Shown here in pieces: positions 26,063-36,737 of a stretch of 64,000 nt of DNA. The first letter of the stretch is position 1. Every line of letters starts with the position of its first letter. Source of the DNA: Deltaproteobacteria bacterium (GTDB taxonomy: Bacteria > Desulfobacterota > Desulfobacteria > Desulfobacterales > JAHEIW01); NCBI GenBank assembly GCA_024639185.1, contig JAHEIW010000011.1, positions 976 to 64,975 on the forward strand. Direction: 5' to 3'. The translations under genes were made by a program, and so were the position numbers. Under the pieces are notes generated by a model. That model saw only the letters and a list, made by a program, of their open reading frames with translations. It made no database searches and was not told the origin of the DNA.

Positions 26063-26761
26063 TTAGATGCCGCAGATATGTTTGACTTCCTCGTTATCGA
26101 TGAGTTCATCAACCGGTCCCTGGTAGCAGATGCGGCCATTGTCGATAATGTAGCCGTAATCGCTCAAGGATAGCGTAAATTTAACGTTTTGTTCGGCCAG
26201 CAGAACCGTCAATCCCACTTCTTTGAGTTTTTGGATACGCTCACCCAGGATCTTGACCAGCACCGGCGCCAAGCCCTCGGTGGGCTCATCCAGCAATAAA
26301 AATTGCGGATTGGTCATCAGAGCCCTTCCAATGGCCAGCATTTTTTGCTCCCCGCCGCTGAGCAGCCCCCCTTTGCGGCTGTCCATTTTTTTCAATGCTG
26401 AAAACAAATCGTAGACTTTTTGTTTGTCCCATTGCTCACCGGTAGCGCTTGCACGGGCGGCAATTTCCAGATTCTCACCGACCGTCAGGTCGGCAAAGAT
26501 GCGGCGGTCATCGGGCACCCAGGCTATGCCCTGACGGACCCGTTTGTAGGGCGGTGCGCCGGTCACATCAATGTTGTTAAATTGGATGTGCCCCTGGGCC
26601 GGAGGATTCAACCCCATGATGCTTCGAAACGTGGTGGTCTTGCCGGCGCCGTTTCGTCCCAGCAGACAAACGACCTGCCCCTTTTTGACTTTCAGGGACA
26701 CATCGAAAAGAATGTGGCTCAAGCCGTAGTAGGTGTGAATACCGTCAACCGCGAGCATCAT
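26063..26761 (-). CDS. livF: branched-chain amino acid ABC transporter ATP-binding protein
   Basis: Walker A GRNGAGKTT, signature LSGGEQ, Walker B LLLDEP. Last gene of a liv-type operon. Confidence 0.9.
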   Translation of the reverse strand: MMLAVDGIHTYYGLSHILFDVSLKVKKGQVVCLLGRNGAGKTTTFRSIMGLNPPAQGHIQFNNIDVTGAPPYKRVRQGIAWVPDDRRIFADLTVGENLEIAARASATGEQWDKQKVYDLFSALKKMDSRKGGLLSGGEQKMLAIGRALMTNPQFLLLDEPTEGLAPVLVKILGERIQKLKEVGLTVLLAEQNVKFTLSLSDYGYIIDNGRICYQGPVDELIDNEEVKHICGI

Positions 26762-27492
26762 TCATCTCCCAAATAGGCTTGTTGGACTTCAATGTTTTGT
26801 CGCACCGTTAGGGGATCGTCCTGAACAATTGTCTTTCCCTGTTGCATGACCATGATGCTTTGCGCCACGCCGAAGACGACTTCCATATCATGCTCACAAA
26901 ATAAAATTGTTAGACCTTGATCGGCGGCCAGGCGTTGAATCAAGGCCATGGTGGTTGTGGTTTCCTCAGGAGACATGCCGGCGGTGGGTTCATCTAAAAT
27001 CAGCAACTCGGGCTCATTTCCCATGGCAATGGCAATCTCCAGAATACGTTTGTCGCCATGGGATAGTGAACCGGCCAGGTCCCTTTTTTTATCCAAAAGG
27101 CCGACGCTGTCCAGAATATGGTTGGTTTCGTCCACGGCCAGCTGAGCAGCCGGATGAAATAGTTTGTTGCTGAGTTTTTGCTGGGATAGAACCGAGACCT
27201 GCACATTGCGAAAGACAGACAGCCGCGGAAAAATATTGGCGATCTGAAATGAGCGGGCAATTCCTTTGCGGCAGATGACATGCGGAGGCAATTTCCCGAT
27301 GTCTTCGTCAGCCAATAGAATCTGGCCCTTGTCGGGCTGCAATTGTCCGCAGATTAGATTGAATAGAGTGGTTTTGCCCGCTCCGTTGGGGCCGATCACC
27401 GCCACCAGCTGTCCTTTATCGACGCTCAGATGCGCACCGTCCACGGCTTTGAAGTCATCAAATGCTTTGTGCAAATTTTTTATGCGAAGCAT
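26758..27492 (-). CDS. livG: branched-chain amino acid ABC transporter ATP-binding protein
   Basis: Walker A GPNGAGKTT, signature LSHGDKR, Walker B LILDEP. 4-nt overlap with livF. Confidence 0.9.
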   Translation of the reverse strand: MLRIKNLHKAFDDFKAVDGAHLSVDKGQLVAVIGPNGAGKTTLFNLICGQLQPDKGQILLADEDIGKLPPHVICRKGIARSFQIANIFPRLSVFRNVQVSVLSQQKLSNKLFHPAAQLAVDETNHILDSVGLLDKKRDLAGSLSHGDKRILEIAIAMGNEPELLILDEPTAGMSPEETTTTMALIQRLAADQGLTILFCEHDMEVVFGVAQSIMVMQQGKTIVQDDPLTVRQNIEVQQAYLGDE

Positions 27493-27496
27493 TCAT

Positions 27497-28462
27497 TTAC
27501 TCCGTCTGGTATTCACCGTTATATTTTACCCGGGACCGAAAAAGTTGCCGGTAGTTCGTGCCCATAATGCCTTCCGGTAAAAAGAAAATCAGCAAAATTA
27601 AAATGACGCCCAGAATAAGCGTCCAGTATTCTGTGTAGGTTCCAACAAAGGTGCGCAGGGATACAATGATGGCAGCACCCAAAATGGGACCGGCAAATGT
27701 AAACCACCCACCCAACAGGCACATGATAAATATTTCAAGCGATAGCGTCCAGAACAGCAGATCCGGGAAAATGGACCCTTCCACGACAACGAAGAGAATC
27801 CCGGCCACGCCACCAAAGAATGTGGCGATGACAATAGTGATCAACTGGTGGTGACGGACATTGATGCCCACGGCAGCACATCGCTCCGGGTTGTCGCGAA
27901 TGGCCTGCAGGGTGGAGCCGAAGGGAGATTTTAGGATTAAAAACATCAGCAACAAACAAATGACCGTAACGATCAAAACAAAAAAATAAGAACCGGTTGT
28001 GGAGGCAATAAAATCAGGAACGGGGATGCCGTGAATGCCGTCATCACCGCCGGTAAGGTCGTACCAACGAAACGCAATCGCCCAGATCAAAGATCCCAGC
28101 GAGATCTGCAGCATGCCGAAATACAGTCTGTTCAAGCGAATACAGAACATGCCGATTAGCAATCCGGCAAAGGCTGCTGCCAGCGGCCCTGCGATTAAGG
28201 CAATCCACCACGGCAGGGAAGTTTTAACCAATAACAGTCCGGCGGTATAGGCGCCGACGCCGTAAAAAACACCGTGGTGAAATTGAAACAGCATGCCATG
28301 GCCCACGCATAAATTTAAGCTCATGGCCAGCAGTGCCGTTACGAAAATAACGGCCATAAGATAGATGTAGAATCTGGGCAGGAACGACGGCGCCAGAAGC
28401 AGCATTATAAAAATAGCGACACTGACGCCGAACGATTTTTGCCGAATCAACTCACCAAACAA
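27497..28462 (-). CDS. livM: branched-chain amino acid ABC transporter permease
   Basis: Polytopic protein of LivM-like length with the motif (AIRDNPERCAAVGINV). Confidence 0.88.
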   Translation of the reverse strand: MFGELIRQKSFGVSVAIFIMLLLAPSFLPRFYIYLMAVIFVTALLAMSLNLCVGHGMLFQFHHGVFYGVGAYTAGLLLVKTSLPWWIALIAGPLAAAFAGLLIGMFCIRLNRLYFGMLQISLGSLIWAIAFRWYDLTGGDDGIHGIPVPDFIASTTGSYFFVLIVTVICLLLMFLILKSPFGSTLQAIRDNPERCAAVGINVRHHQLITIVIATFFGGVAGILFVVVEGSIFPDLLFWTLSLEIFIMCLLGGWFTFAGPILGAAIIVSLRTFVGTYTEYWTLILGVILILLIFFLPEGIMGTNYRQLFRSRVKYNGEYQTE

Positions 28463-28475
28463 CGCTTGTTCCTTT

Positions 28476-29378
28476 CTACCATACAGCCTTAAGCATGCCG
28501 GTAGGCTTCAGAGTTAAAATAATCACCACTGCCAAATATGGAAAAATGATCGCAAACTGTGGCCATAGCAATACGCCGAAGGATTGGGTAATGCCGAATA
28601 TCAGCGATCCGATCAGGGCACCCCACATATTACCCAGCCCGCCGATGGTGACAATTAAGAAGGCCTCTATGATGATGTTGTGATCCATGCCAATGGTCAC
28701 GCTAATAGTCGGTGAAACCAGGGCGCCGCCAAGGCCGGCAAGCAGGCACCCCAGAACAAAAGCAAAAGCAAACACCCAGCTGACGTTAATGCCGATGGCG
28801 CCGACCATCTCCATGTCCACGGCGGCCGCTCGGGCAATTTTGCCTATTTTGGTCTTGGTTGAAAACAACCACAGCCCGACGGCGACCAGCGGTCCGATGA
28901 TTAACAAAAACAGGTTGTATTTGGGGAATGGTGACCCGAAAACCGATACGGAGCCCTGTAGCACCGGAGGGGGCATGATAGACCGGTAATCTGCTCCCCA
29001 GACGATTTTGGTCAAATCGCCTAGAATGAGCATCAACGCAAAGGTGAACAAGAGCAGCATCAGGTGTTCGCGCTGGTAGAGATGACAAAACAGCGTTCGT
29101 TCGGCAATCAGGCTGATGAGTGCAACCACCAGAGGCGCAAAAATCAGGGCCAGCCAAAAGCCGAGTGAGCCCCCGCCAAACAGGGTCGAAATGCTATAAG
29201 CAGCGAATGCGCCGATCATATAAAGGGAACCGTGTGCCACATTTGGGACCCGCAGCACGCCCAGCACGAAGCTCAAGCCCGAAGTCACGATGAACAGAAT
29301 CATGGCGCGGCTCAGACCCACCAGAAACGTACTGCTCAAAGCTGCAAGCGTTATCCCCGCTCCGCCTTCCATAGTCAA
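28476..29378 (-). CDS. livH: branched-chain amino acid ABC transporter permease
   Basis: Polytopic and LivH-like (ARAAAVDMEMVGAIGINV). Confidence 0.88.
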   Translation of the reverse strand: MTMEGGAGITLAALSSTFLVGLSRAMILFIVTSGLSFVLGVLRVPNVAHGSLYMIGAFAAYSISTLFGGGSLGFWLALIFAPLVVALISLIAERTLFCHLYQREHLMLLLFTFALMLILGDLTKIVWGADYRSIMPPPVLQGSVSVFGSPFPKYNLFLLIIGPLVAVGLWLFSTKTKIGKIARAAAVDMEMVGAIGINVSWVFAFAFVLGCLLAGLGGALVSPTISVTIGMDHNIIIEAFLIVTIGGLGNMWGALIGSLIFGITQSFGVLLWPQFAIIFPYLAVVIILTLKPTGMLKAVW

Positions 29379-29603
29379 ATGTCCTTAAATGAAATTGAAT
29401 AAGATGATTTCATCAAGCTGGATTGCCATTCTATGCCTGAATGGAATTGGAATGCCGGAATGTTGGTTTATTGGAATATTGTTTGATGCTTGATCCATGC
29501 CGCATTTGGGAAATTTATCCCCCTTATCCCATCATTCCAGAATTCCAATATTCCATTATTCCACATCAAGAAAGCCTGCCCCTAAAGCCTGCATCGGCAC
29601 GAT

Positions 29604-29641
29604 CCTGCTCAGCGCTAAAATCAAAAGTTACGCTGAGCAGG
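29604..29641 (-). promoter_or_regulatory. intercistronic stem-loop after the liv substrate-binding gene
   Basis: Perfect 11-bp stem cctgctcagcg / cgctgagcagg with a 16-nt loop, 49 nt downstream of the SBP stop (stop codon 29690-29692). No U-tract on either strand. Confidence 0.6.
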
Positions 29642-29689
29642 ACCGGCCCTTATCGGAGGGCAGGCGGGCAAGGGATTTTATCGAATGGT

Positions 29690-30919
29690 TTATTGACCGC
29701 GCGCCTTCATTATTTCTTCACATGACGGCATTACTTCCGCGCCTCTGAGGGTGTAAATATCGGATGAAATAGCAACACCCAGTTCGGGTGATAATTTGGT
29801 GACGCCAAAATTCATCGGCAAAATCGCTTGATGGTCGCAGGCCCGCATTTCGATCCTGCCCGCCGGGCTCTGGATCTGAAGCCCTTCGAGGGCATCGATG
29901 AATTTTTCGGTATCAAGCGAGCCGGCTTTTCTATATGCTTCGGCAATAAAATGGGCGGTGATATAAGCCTGAAAGGCCGGAAAACCGGGCGGGTTGCCGT
30001 AGGCGGCCTTATATTTATTGACAAAGCTCCGGTTGGCGGAAATATCCGGATGATAAAAGTTATAGTCGATGGTACCCATAACACCTTCGGGTGCATTCAT
30101 CCCCAGTGGTTTTAAGACGGCATGATCGGTGGCGCTGTGAATATAAATCCCCATCTTGTCGGCCATGCCGGTGGCCTTGATGGTTTTCATTATGTTGACC
30201 ATGCTGGCTCCTCCGGTGGCAAAGATAACCGCATCCGGTTTGGCAGCCATAATCGATGTGACGTAGGGAACCAGATCGGGTTCACCGACTTTCCACCAGG
30301 ATTTGCCGATGACCTTCACCTCCGGTTTGCGGGCTTTGAGATTTCTCCAGGCCGCATCGGCAATCGCATGCCCGTATTCATAATCGTCTCCGGCAATCCA
30401 ATAAGTGGTATAGGGTTTGGTGGCCAAGGCGACCCCGCCGGATTTACCTGCCATGGCCGTATTTTCTCCGGCCGAAAACACATAGCGATGGCCTTTTTTG
30501 CCGGTAATGTTTTCGCTTTTGGAAATCCAGGCGATAAAAGGCACCTTTTCTTTTTTGGCCACAGCCTGGGATATGGCCAGCGCGGCCCCGCTGTTAATGG
30601 TACCCACCAGAATATCCACATCTTCACGTAAAACCAATTCTTTGGCAAAATTCAGCGCCAGATCGACCTTAAATTTTGAATCTCGGGTGGTAAACTCGAT
30701 TTTATTACCCAACACACCTTTTGCGTTTATATCCTTTAAAGCCAGCTTAAACCCATTGAGGGCATCTTTACCGAAAAAGGCAGCTGGGCCGCTGTAGCAA
30801 TCGATGACACCGACCTTTATATTCTTTGCCCGAGCATTTGCTGGCATCAGAACCAAGGAGATGGTAAAAAGGCCCACCAGCAATGTTAAACTGATGATAA
30901 ACATATTTTTTTTCATCAT
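29690..30919 (-). CDS. ABC transporter substrate-binding protein, Leu/Ile/Val-binding (LivK-like) family
   Basis: 409 aa with a signal peptide. Type I periplasmic-binding-protein pattern. First gene of the liv-type operon. Confidence 0.85.
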   Translation of the reverse strand: MMKKNMFIISLTLLVGLFTISLVLMPANARAKNIKVGVIDCYSGPAAFFGKDALNGFKLALKDINAKGVLGNKIEFTTRDSKFKVDLALNFAKELVLREDVDILVGTINSGAALAISQAVAKKEKVPFIAWISKSENITGKKGHRYVFSAGENTAMAGKSGGVALATKPYTTYWIAGDDYEYGHAIADAAWRNLKARKPEVKVIGKSWWKVGEPDLVPYVTSIMAAKPDAVIFATGGASMVNIMKTIKATGMADKMGIYIHSATDHAVLKPLGMNAPEGVMGTIDYNFYHPDISANRSFVNKYKAAYGNPPGFPAFQAYITAHFIAEAYRKAGSLDTEKFIDALEGLQIQSPAGRIEMRACDHQAILPMNFGVTKLSPELGVAISSDIYTLRGAEVMPSCEEIMKARGQ

Positions 30920-31081
30920 GACCCTCCTTCCACTTTTGGGTTGACGTTAAGGTGTTGAAATGAATGCGATTCAGTTTTTATTTTGATATTCTTTCCTATA
31001 TAGGTTACACATTGAAGTCAAGACTTATTCAAAAGGAAGGGCTCTACCAAAGCGAAATACAAGAAACCATAGGAGGCCCGG

Positions 31082-32467
31082 TTGAAATTCAATGCTCTAA
31101 ACGAGAAGCATATCAGGACGCTGCAGCACATGGTTGCGCCGGACCGCTTCTCAACCGGCGATTCGGTACTTGACCTGCACGCCAAGGATCAGTCGCAGCA
31201 TGGCCCCAGTCGACCTGAAGCGGTCATCTGGCCGCTGGATCGCAACGAGGTGGCGAATCTATTAAGATATGCCAATGACCACCGCATCCCGATAACCGGC
31301 TGGGGCTCCGGCTCCAGCCTGGAAGGCAATCCGATCCCCATTCACCAGGGCCTGGTTCTGGATTTTTCACGGATGAACCGCATTCTGGACATTCGGGTCG
31401 AAGATTTTCAGGCCGATGTAGAACCTGGCGTTATTTATCAGCATTTGAACGAAAAACTGCGGCACACGGGCCTGTTTTTTCCACCCGATCCCGGGGCCCA
31501 GGCCACCGTCGGTGGCATGATTGCCAACAATGCCAGCGGGACGCGCACCGTCTATTACGGATCCACCAAGGATTACGTGTTGCGGCTTGAAGTGGTTCTG
31601 GCAAGCGGTGAGATCATCGAGCTGGGCACCCGCGCGGCTAAAACATCTTCGGGCTATGATTTGGTCCATCTGATGGTGGGATCCGAAGGCACCCTGGGCG
31701 TTGTGACCGCTGCTACCCTTCGTCTGGTGGGTTTTCCGGTTGAATACTCGGCCGCAATTGGCACCTTTCCTTCCGTCAAGGCGGCCGGCAACGCTGTTTT
31801 TGAGATCATCCGATCCGGTCTCAACCCGGCTGCATTGGAGCTGCTGGGCCCCGAATGCATCGAACTTATGAATCGCGAAGAACGGCTGGGCCTGAATGTC
31901 TCGCCGACCCTATTTGTTGAATTCCACAGTTCGTCTGCCAGCCATCTGGCCGAAGTGTTGGAAATGGGCCGCGAGATCTGCAACCAACAGGGCTGTACGG
32001 AATTTCGATCCGGTCTGGGTAAAGCCGAGCGAGACCATATCTTCAAGGCCCGCCACGCGCTTGGAGAGATGATTATTCGTACCCATCCGGATTGCGGCAC
32101 CCTGGTGGTTGACGTGGCTGTTCCCAATACAGCCTATCCGGAAATTATTGCTGCCATTGGCGACGAGATGAAGACCACCGGCATTATGGGGTATACGTTC
32201 GGTCATGCCGGTGACGGCAACGTGCATTTTAATATTCCCGGTAAAAAAGGCGACCAGAAGCAATGGGCTCAAATTGACAAACTGGTCCAGCGCTTAGTGT
32301 CTAAAGCACTTGATCTGGGCGGGACGGCCACCGGGGAGCATGGTGTCGGCCTGGGCAAGAAAAAGTATATGGCTGCCGAGCACGGCAAAAGCCTGGATTG
32401 GATGAAACAGATCAAAACCCTGTTTGATCCCAACGGCATCCTGAACCCCGGAAAAATCTTTCCTTGA
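31082..32467 (+). CDS. FAD-binding oxidoreductase (GlcD / D-lactate dehydrogenase family)
   Basis: FAD_binding_4 pattern (...GWGSGSSLEGN...) and an FAD-oxidase C-terminal domain (GEHGVGLGKKKYM). TTG start with GGAGG 8 nt upstream. Confidence 0.85.
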   Translation: MKFNALNEKHIRTLQHMVAPDRFSTGDSVLDLHAKDQSQHGPSRPEAVIWPLDRNEVANLLRYANDHRIPITGWGSGSSLEGNPIPIHQGLVLDFSRMNRILDIRVEDFQADVEPGVIYQHLNEKLRHTGLFFPPDPGAQATVGGMIANNASGTRTVYYGSTKDYVLRLEVVLASGEIIELGTRAAKTSSGYDLVHLMVGSEGTLGVVTAATLRLVGFPVEYSAAIGTFPSVKAAGNAVFEIIRSGLNPAALELLGPECIELMNREERLGLNVSPTLFVEFHSSSASHLAEVLEMGREICNQQGCTEFRSGLGKAERDHIFKARHALGEMIIRTHPDCGTLVVDVAVPNTAYPEIIAAIGDEMKTTGIMGYTFGHAGDGNVHFNIPGKKGDQKQWAQIDKLVQRLVSKALDLGGTATGEHGVGLGKKKYMAAEHGKSLDWMKQIKTLFDPNGILNPGKIFP

Positions 32468-32645
32468 ATGCCATCCCGGGCGCTCTTGAATCCCATCCCC
32501 CTGCTTGACCCATTGAATTGTATCATGTATGAATCTAAACTGAGCGTTTCAAATTAATAAAGTTGCAGTCGTAATTACCCTTCATTTCAGTAAGGTTAGA
32601 TCCTCTCCTATCAAATCCGAGCGTTTATCAGTGGAAAGGGGCTCG

Positions 32646-33731
32646 ATGGGATATCAGCTTGAACTTATCAATGTCTCTAAACTATTTGGAGATGTCAGAG
32701 CGGTTGATGACGTATCCTTGAGCATACAGCACGGCGAGTTTTTAACGTTGCTGGGTCCCAGCGGATCGGGTAAGACCACCTCGCTAAACATGATCGCCGG
32801 TTTTGAAATACCTGACCGCGGCGAGATATTGCTGGAAAATGAAGATATCACTACGGTGGCCCCGAATGATCGCGGGATTGGCATGGTGTTTCAAAACTAT
32901 GCGCTTTTTCCCCACTTGGCCGTATCGGATAACATCGCCTTTCCACTTAAAATGCGCAAAACCCCCGGCCATACGATTCAGCAGGCCGTCAGGGAAGCCC
33001 TTGAGCTCGTCAAATTGCCCGGATTTGGGAGCCGCTACCCCCATCAACTCAGTGGCGGACAGCAGCAGCGAATTGCCCTGGCCCGCGCCATTGTTTATAA
33101 ACCCAAGATATTGCTGATGGATGAGCCCCTGGGCGCGCTGGATAAGAAACTGCGGGACCACATGCGGCTAGAAATCAAGCATCTGCAAGAGTCTTTGGAC
33201 ATCACCGTTATCTATGTCACCCACGACCAGGAAGAAGCGCTGACGATGTCGGATCGTATCGCCATTATGAACGAAGGCAAAATTATCCAGCTGGATACGC
33301 CGGTGGCGCTGTATGAGTCTCCGGCCAATCTTTTTGTGGCCGACTTCATTGGTGAGTCAAATTTTCTAAAAGGCCAATTTGCGGAAACCGATGACGTCCG
33401 CACAGCCGTTGAGACCGCTGAAGGCCTCAAAGTGTGGGTCACAAAATTCAACCAGGCTGCACCCGGAGAGGCGGTTTCGGTTGCCGTCCGGCCGGAAAAA
33501 ATTCAAATCCTGACCGCAGATGTGCCGGATGCCAATAACATTGCCAACCAATTCAATGGCAGAATCGAAGAGATTATCTACGTCGGCGAAGCCAGAATTT
33601 ATCGCGTCAGTCTGGCGCCAGAGGTACTCGTCGATGTAAAGGTGCAAAGCGGGCCCAGTGCCCAAAATTTCAAGGTCGGAGGTGATATTACCATCGGCTG
33701 GCGCATACGCCACGGACTTGCCTTAACGTAA
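32646..33731 (+). CDS. ABC transporter ATP-binding protein, PotA/MalK-type with a TOBE-like C-terminus
   Basis: Walker A GPSGSGKTT, signature LSGGQQQR, Walker B LLMDEP. Confidence 0.9.
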   Translation: MGYQLELINVSKLFGDVRAVDDVSLSIQHGEFLTLLGPSGSGKTTSLNMIAGFEIPDRGEILLENEDITTVAPNDRGIGMVFQNYALFPHLAVSDNIAFPLKMRKTPGHTIQQAVREALELVKLPGFGSRYPHQLSGGQQQRIALARAIVYKPKILLMDEPLGALDKKLRDHMRLEIKHLQESLDITVIYVTHDQEEALTMSDRIAIMNEGKIIQLDTPVALYESPANLFVADFIGESNFLKGQFAETDDVRTAVETAEGLKVWVTKFNQAAPGEAVSVAVRPEKIQILTADVPDANNIANQFNGRIEEIIYVGEARIYRVSLAPEVLVDVKVQSGPSAQNFKVGGDITIGWRIRHGLALT

Positions 33732-33774
33732 TATGGCTCGTTGTTCACAACCCAAACACATAAGGAGGTGTGAA

Positions 33775-34872
33775 ATGAAAAAGAAAAAGGAAATCCAAAA
33801 CCAGAAGGGTATGACCCGCCGTGAATTTATCGTAAAAACCGGAACGGCGACCGGTGCGGCTTTGGTGACGGCGTCAGTGGGACCATTTGTTCACACCACC
33901 ATGGCCAAGGGCGGCACCCTGAAGGTTTGCTCCTACGGCGGATCCTATCAGGAATCTCAACGCAAAGCCCTCATCCAGCCATTTGCGGACAAATTCGGTG
34001 TTAAGATTATCGAAGCCTCCGGACCGGATATTGCCAAGGTTAAAGCCCAAGTCGATGCGAAATCTTTTGAATGGGATGTGGTGGATCTCGAAACCCGCCA
34101 TATTGCTCGCGGTGAGCTGGAAAACCTGTTAGAACCCATCGATACCAATGTGGTCAACCTTGAGGGCATTGATAAAAAGGCCATTCGTAAAGCGGCGGTC
34201 GGCAATATTTTCTGGACCACCTCTCTGGCTTACAACAAAAAAGCGTTGGGTGACAAGAAAGCCTGCGCAAGCTGGGCGGATTTTTGGGATGTCAAAAATT
34301 TTCCGGGTCCGCGGGCACTGCAGGATCAAGCGCCCTTTAACCTTGAGTTTGCCCTCTTGGCCGACGGCGTGCCCATGGATAAAATTTATCCCATTGACGT
34401 TGAACGGGCCTTTAAGAAAATGGATGCCATCAAAGAGCATATCACGGTTTGGTGGAAAAACGGCGCGCAACAGATTCAACTGCTGACGAGTGCCGAAGCC
34501 CACTATGCATCTGCCTGGAACGGGCGTGTCAATGTGGCCCAGAAAAAGAACGTGCCGTTGGAGATTGTCTGGGAAGGCGGTTGTCTTGATCTGGATTGGT
34601 GGGCCGTTCCCAAGGGCAACCCCAACCGAGATCTGGCTATGAAATTCATTAATTTTGCGATCTCGGCAGAGCGCCAGGGCGAGCAAATGCAGAAATTCAT
34701 TGCCTATGGCCCCACCAATCTCAAGGCGTTTAACTACATCACGCCGGAGCGGGCCAAAGAGCTGCCGTCCTTTCCGGATAACCTCAAAAAGCAGTTTGCT
34801 CACGATGCGGATTACTGGGGTCCGAATCTGGCGCCGTTGACTGAAAAATGGAAGACCTGGATTATCTCCTAA
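33775..34872 (+). CDS. extracellular solute-binding protein (PotD/PotF-like) with a Tat-type signal peptide
   Basis: AAGGAGG RBS before the ATG at 33775. The signal sequence contains a twin-arginine TRREFI. Spermidine/putrescine-type SBP family features. Confidence 0.8.
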   Translation: MKKKKEIQNQKGMTRREFIVKTGTATGAALVTASVGPFVHTTMAKGGTLKVCSYGGSYQESQRKALIQPFADKFGVKIIEASGPDIAKVKAQVDAKSFEWDVVDLETRHIARGELENLLEPIDTNVVNLEGIDKKAIRKAAVGNIFWTTSLAYNKKALGDKKACASWADFWDVKNFPGPRALQDQAPFNLEFALLADGVPMDKIYPIDVERAFKKMDAIKEHITVWWKNGAQQIQLLTSAEAHYASAWNGRVNVAQKKNVPLEIVWEGGCLDLDWWAVPKGNPNRDLAMKFINFAISAERQGEQMQKFIAYGPTNLKAFNYITPERAKELPSFPDNLKKQFAHDADYWGPNLAPLTEKWKTWIIS

Positions 34873-34957
34873 GCGTAATGATTAACAACAAATGAAATGT
34901 TAAACCGGACCGGGGGAAGGTTTTCTACTTCCCCCGGTCAGCCAATCCCACAACGAA

Positions 34958-35848
34958 ATGGAAGCAGCAGAAAACATCATGCCTGTTGAAAGTGCTTCCG
35001 GCAGCCTCTGGCACCGGCCAGCTTTCAAACAGTTTATCCTGGTGGTCCCGGCCCTGCTGGCGCTTTTTCTGCTTTTTGTCTACCCGATTTCAAGCATTCT
35101 GATCAAAAGTTTATTCAGCCCTGAATTTACGCTAAAGCATTATCTTTATTTTTTAAAAACACCCCTGTATTCACGGGTCTTATGGATTACATTTCAAATT
35201 AGCGTTTTATCAACCCTGTCGGCCTTGGTCGTTGGATATCCCATAGCTTATGTCCTGCGTCGCGCCAGACCCGGTGTCCGCAATTTCTTCTTACTGGCGA
35301 TAACACTATCTTTTATGATCAGTCTCCTGGTGCGCAATTACTCCTGGATCATTGTTTTGCAGCGCAGTGGTGTGGTTAACTCCGTGCTTACCTACCTTGG
35401 ACTGATCGACTCACCTTTTAAGCTTTTGCACAACAAACTGGGCGTGATGGTCGGTATGACGCATATTTTTGTGCCCTATATTGTGTTTCCCATTTACTCG
35501 GTCATGATGGGTATTGATCTGAATCTTGAAAAGGCGGCCCAAAATCTGGGTGCATCCCGCTGGCAGACATTCTGGCGAATTTCGTTTCCGCTGAGCCTGC
35601 CCGGTATCGGCGCCGGGGCGTTGCTGGTTTTTATCATGGCGTTGGGATTTTTTATCACCCCGGCCCTGTTGGGCGGACGCAAGGAACAGATGATTTCCAA
35701 CTTGATTCAGATCCAGGTCGTGGACCTGTTGAATTGGCCATTTGCATCGGCCCTGTCGGTTATTTTGTTGCTGGCCACGCTGGTTGTTTTTGCCATTTAC
35801 AACCGCTATTTGGGAGTGGAGCGCCTGTGGGGAGGGGTAAAAACATGA
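34958..35848 (+). CDS. ABC transporter permease (PotB-like)
   Basis: Six TM helices. EAA-like loop (LEKAAQNLGASRWQTFWRISFPL). Confidence 0.85.
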   Translation: MEAAENIMPVESASGSLWHRPAFKQFILVVPALLALFLLFVYPISSILIKSLFSPEFTLKHYLYFLKTPLYSRVLWITFQISVLSTLSALVVGYPIAYVLRRARPGVRNFFLLAITLSFMISLLVRNYSWIIVLQRSGVVNSVLTYLGLIDSPFKLLHNKLGVMVGMTHIFVPYIVFPIYSVMMGIDLNLEKAAQNLGASRWQTFWRISFPLSLPGIGAGALLVFIMALGFFITPALLGGRKEQMISNLIQIQVVDLLNWPFASALSVILLLATLVVFAIYNRYLGVERLWGGVKT

Positions 35849-36678
35849 GCCAAAGGTCACGCAAAAGAGCGTCACGTTACGACCCGTTGCACATCGGCTG
35901 GCCGCTTTGGATCGTTTCCGGATCGGCGATTTTTTTTCTGATTGCGCCGGTATTATTGTTGATTCCCATGTCTTTAGGTTCAGCTGAAATTATCGAATTT
36001 CCACCCAGCAAAATCGGTTTGGATCAATATCGCAAATTTTTCAACCACCCGGCCTGGCAGAGTGCGGTCTTAAACTCTTTGCAGGTATCGGTCATGACAG
36101 CCGGTTTTTCGACCCTCCTGGGTCTTTTGGCTTCTCTTGGGTTGGTGTGGGGGCGTTTTAAAGGCAAGGGACTTATCAATGCCTTTATTATTTCCCCGAT
36201 GATTGTTCCGCTGATTGTCATGGCTCTGGCTTTTTATATCAGCCTTGCCAAATTCGGCCTGCTGGGGACCAAGCTGGGACTGGTATTGGCATACACCCCT
36301 CTAACCCTACCGTTTTCAGTTCTGCCCATTTCGGCTACGCTGCGCGGGTTTGATCGCAGCCTTGAAAATGCCGCCCGTATACTAGGCGCCAGTCGATTGC
36401 AGACCTTTATGAAAGTTACATTTCCCATTATCAGACCGGGCGTTTTGACCGGGGCCATCTTTGCTTTTATGATTGCCTTTGATGAAGTTGTGATTGCCCT
36501 GTTTATTTGTGGTTCAACGGCGGTAACCCTTCCCAAGAAAATGTGGGATGTGATTCGGTATGAGATCGAACCCATGTTGCCTGCCATTTCAACCCTGCTT
36601 TTATTGCTGGCAGCTTTTATTCTGGTGTTGGTCGGTCTGCTTCAGCAGCGTATCACCCGGCGCATGACCGCCGGCTAA
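35845..36678 (+). CDS. ABC transporter permease (PotC-like)
   Basis: ATGA overlap with the upstream stop. EAA-like loop (LENAARILGASRLQTFMKVTFPI). Confidence 0.85.
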   Translation: MSQRSRKRASRYDPLHIGWPLWIVSGSAIFFLIAPVLLLIPMSLGSAEIIEFPPSKIGLDQYRKFFNHPAWQSAVLNSLQVSVMTAGFSTLLGLLASLGLVWGRFKGKGLINAFIISPMIVPLIVMALAFYISLAKFGLLGTKLGLVLAYTPLTLPFSVLPISATLRGFDRSLENAARILGASRLQTFMKVTFPIIRPGVLTGAIFAFMIAFDEVVIALFICGSTAVTLPKKMWDVIRYEIEPMLPAISTLLLLLAAFILVLVGLLQQRITRRMTAG

Positions 36679-36737
36679 ATCAATACTGTGGCTGACGTCT
36701 AGATCACTTTACGTAGCCGCGAGTGAGGGCAAAAGCC

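Noticed and set aside
34129-34803. 224-aa minus-strand ORF inside the PotD-like gene (similar cases at 36759..37310, 35411..35875 and 24626..25182)
   Set aside because: These are antisense shadow ORFs within genes that carry clear family motifs. No independent RBS or domain evidence supports them.
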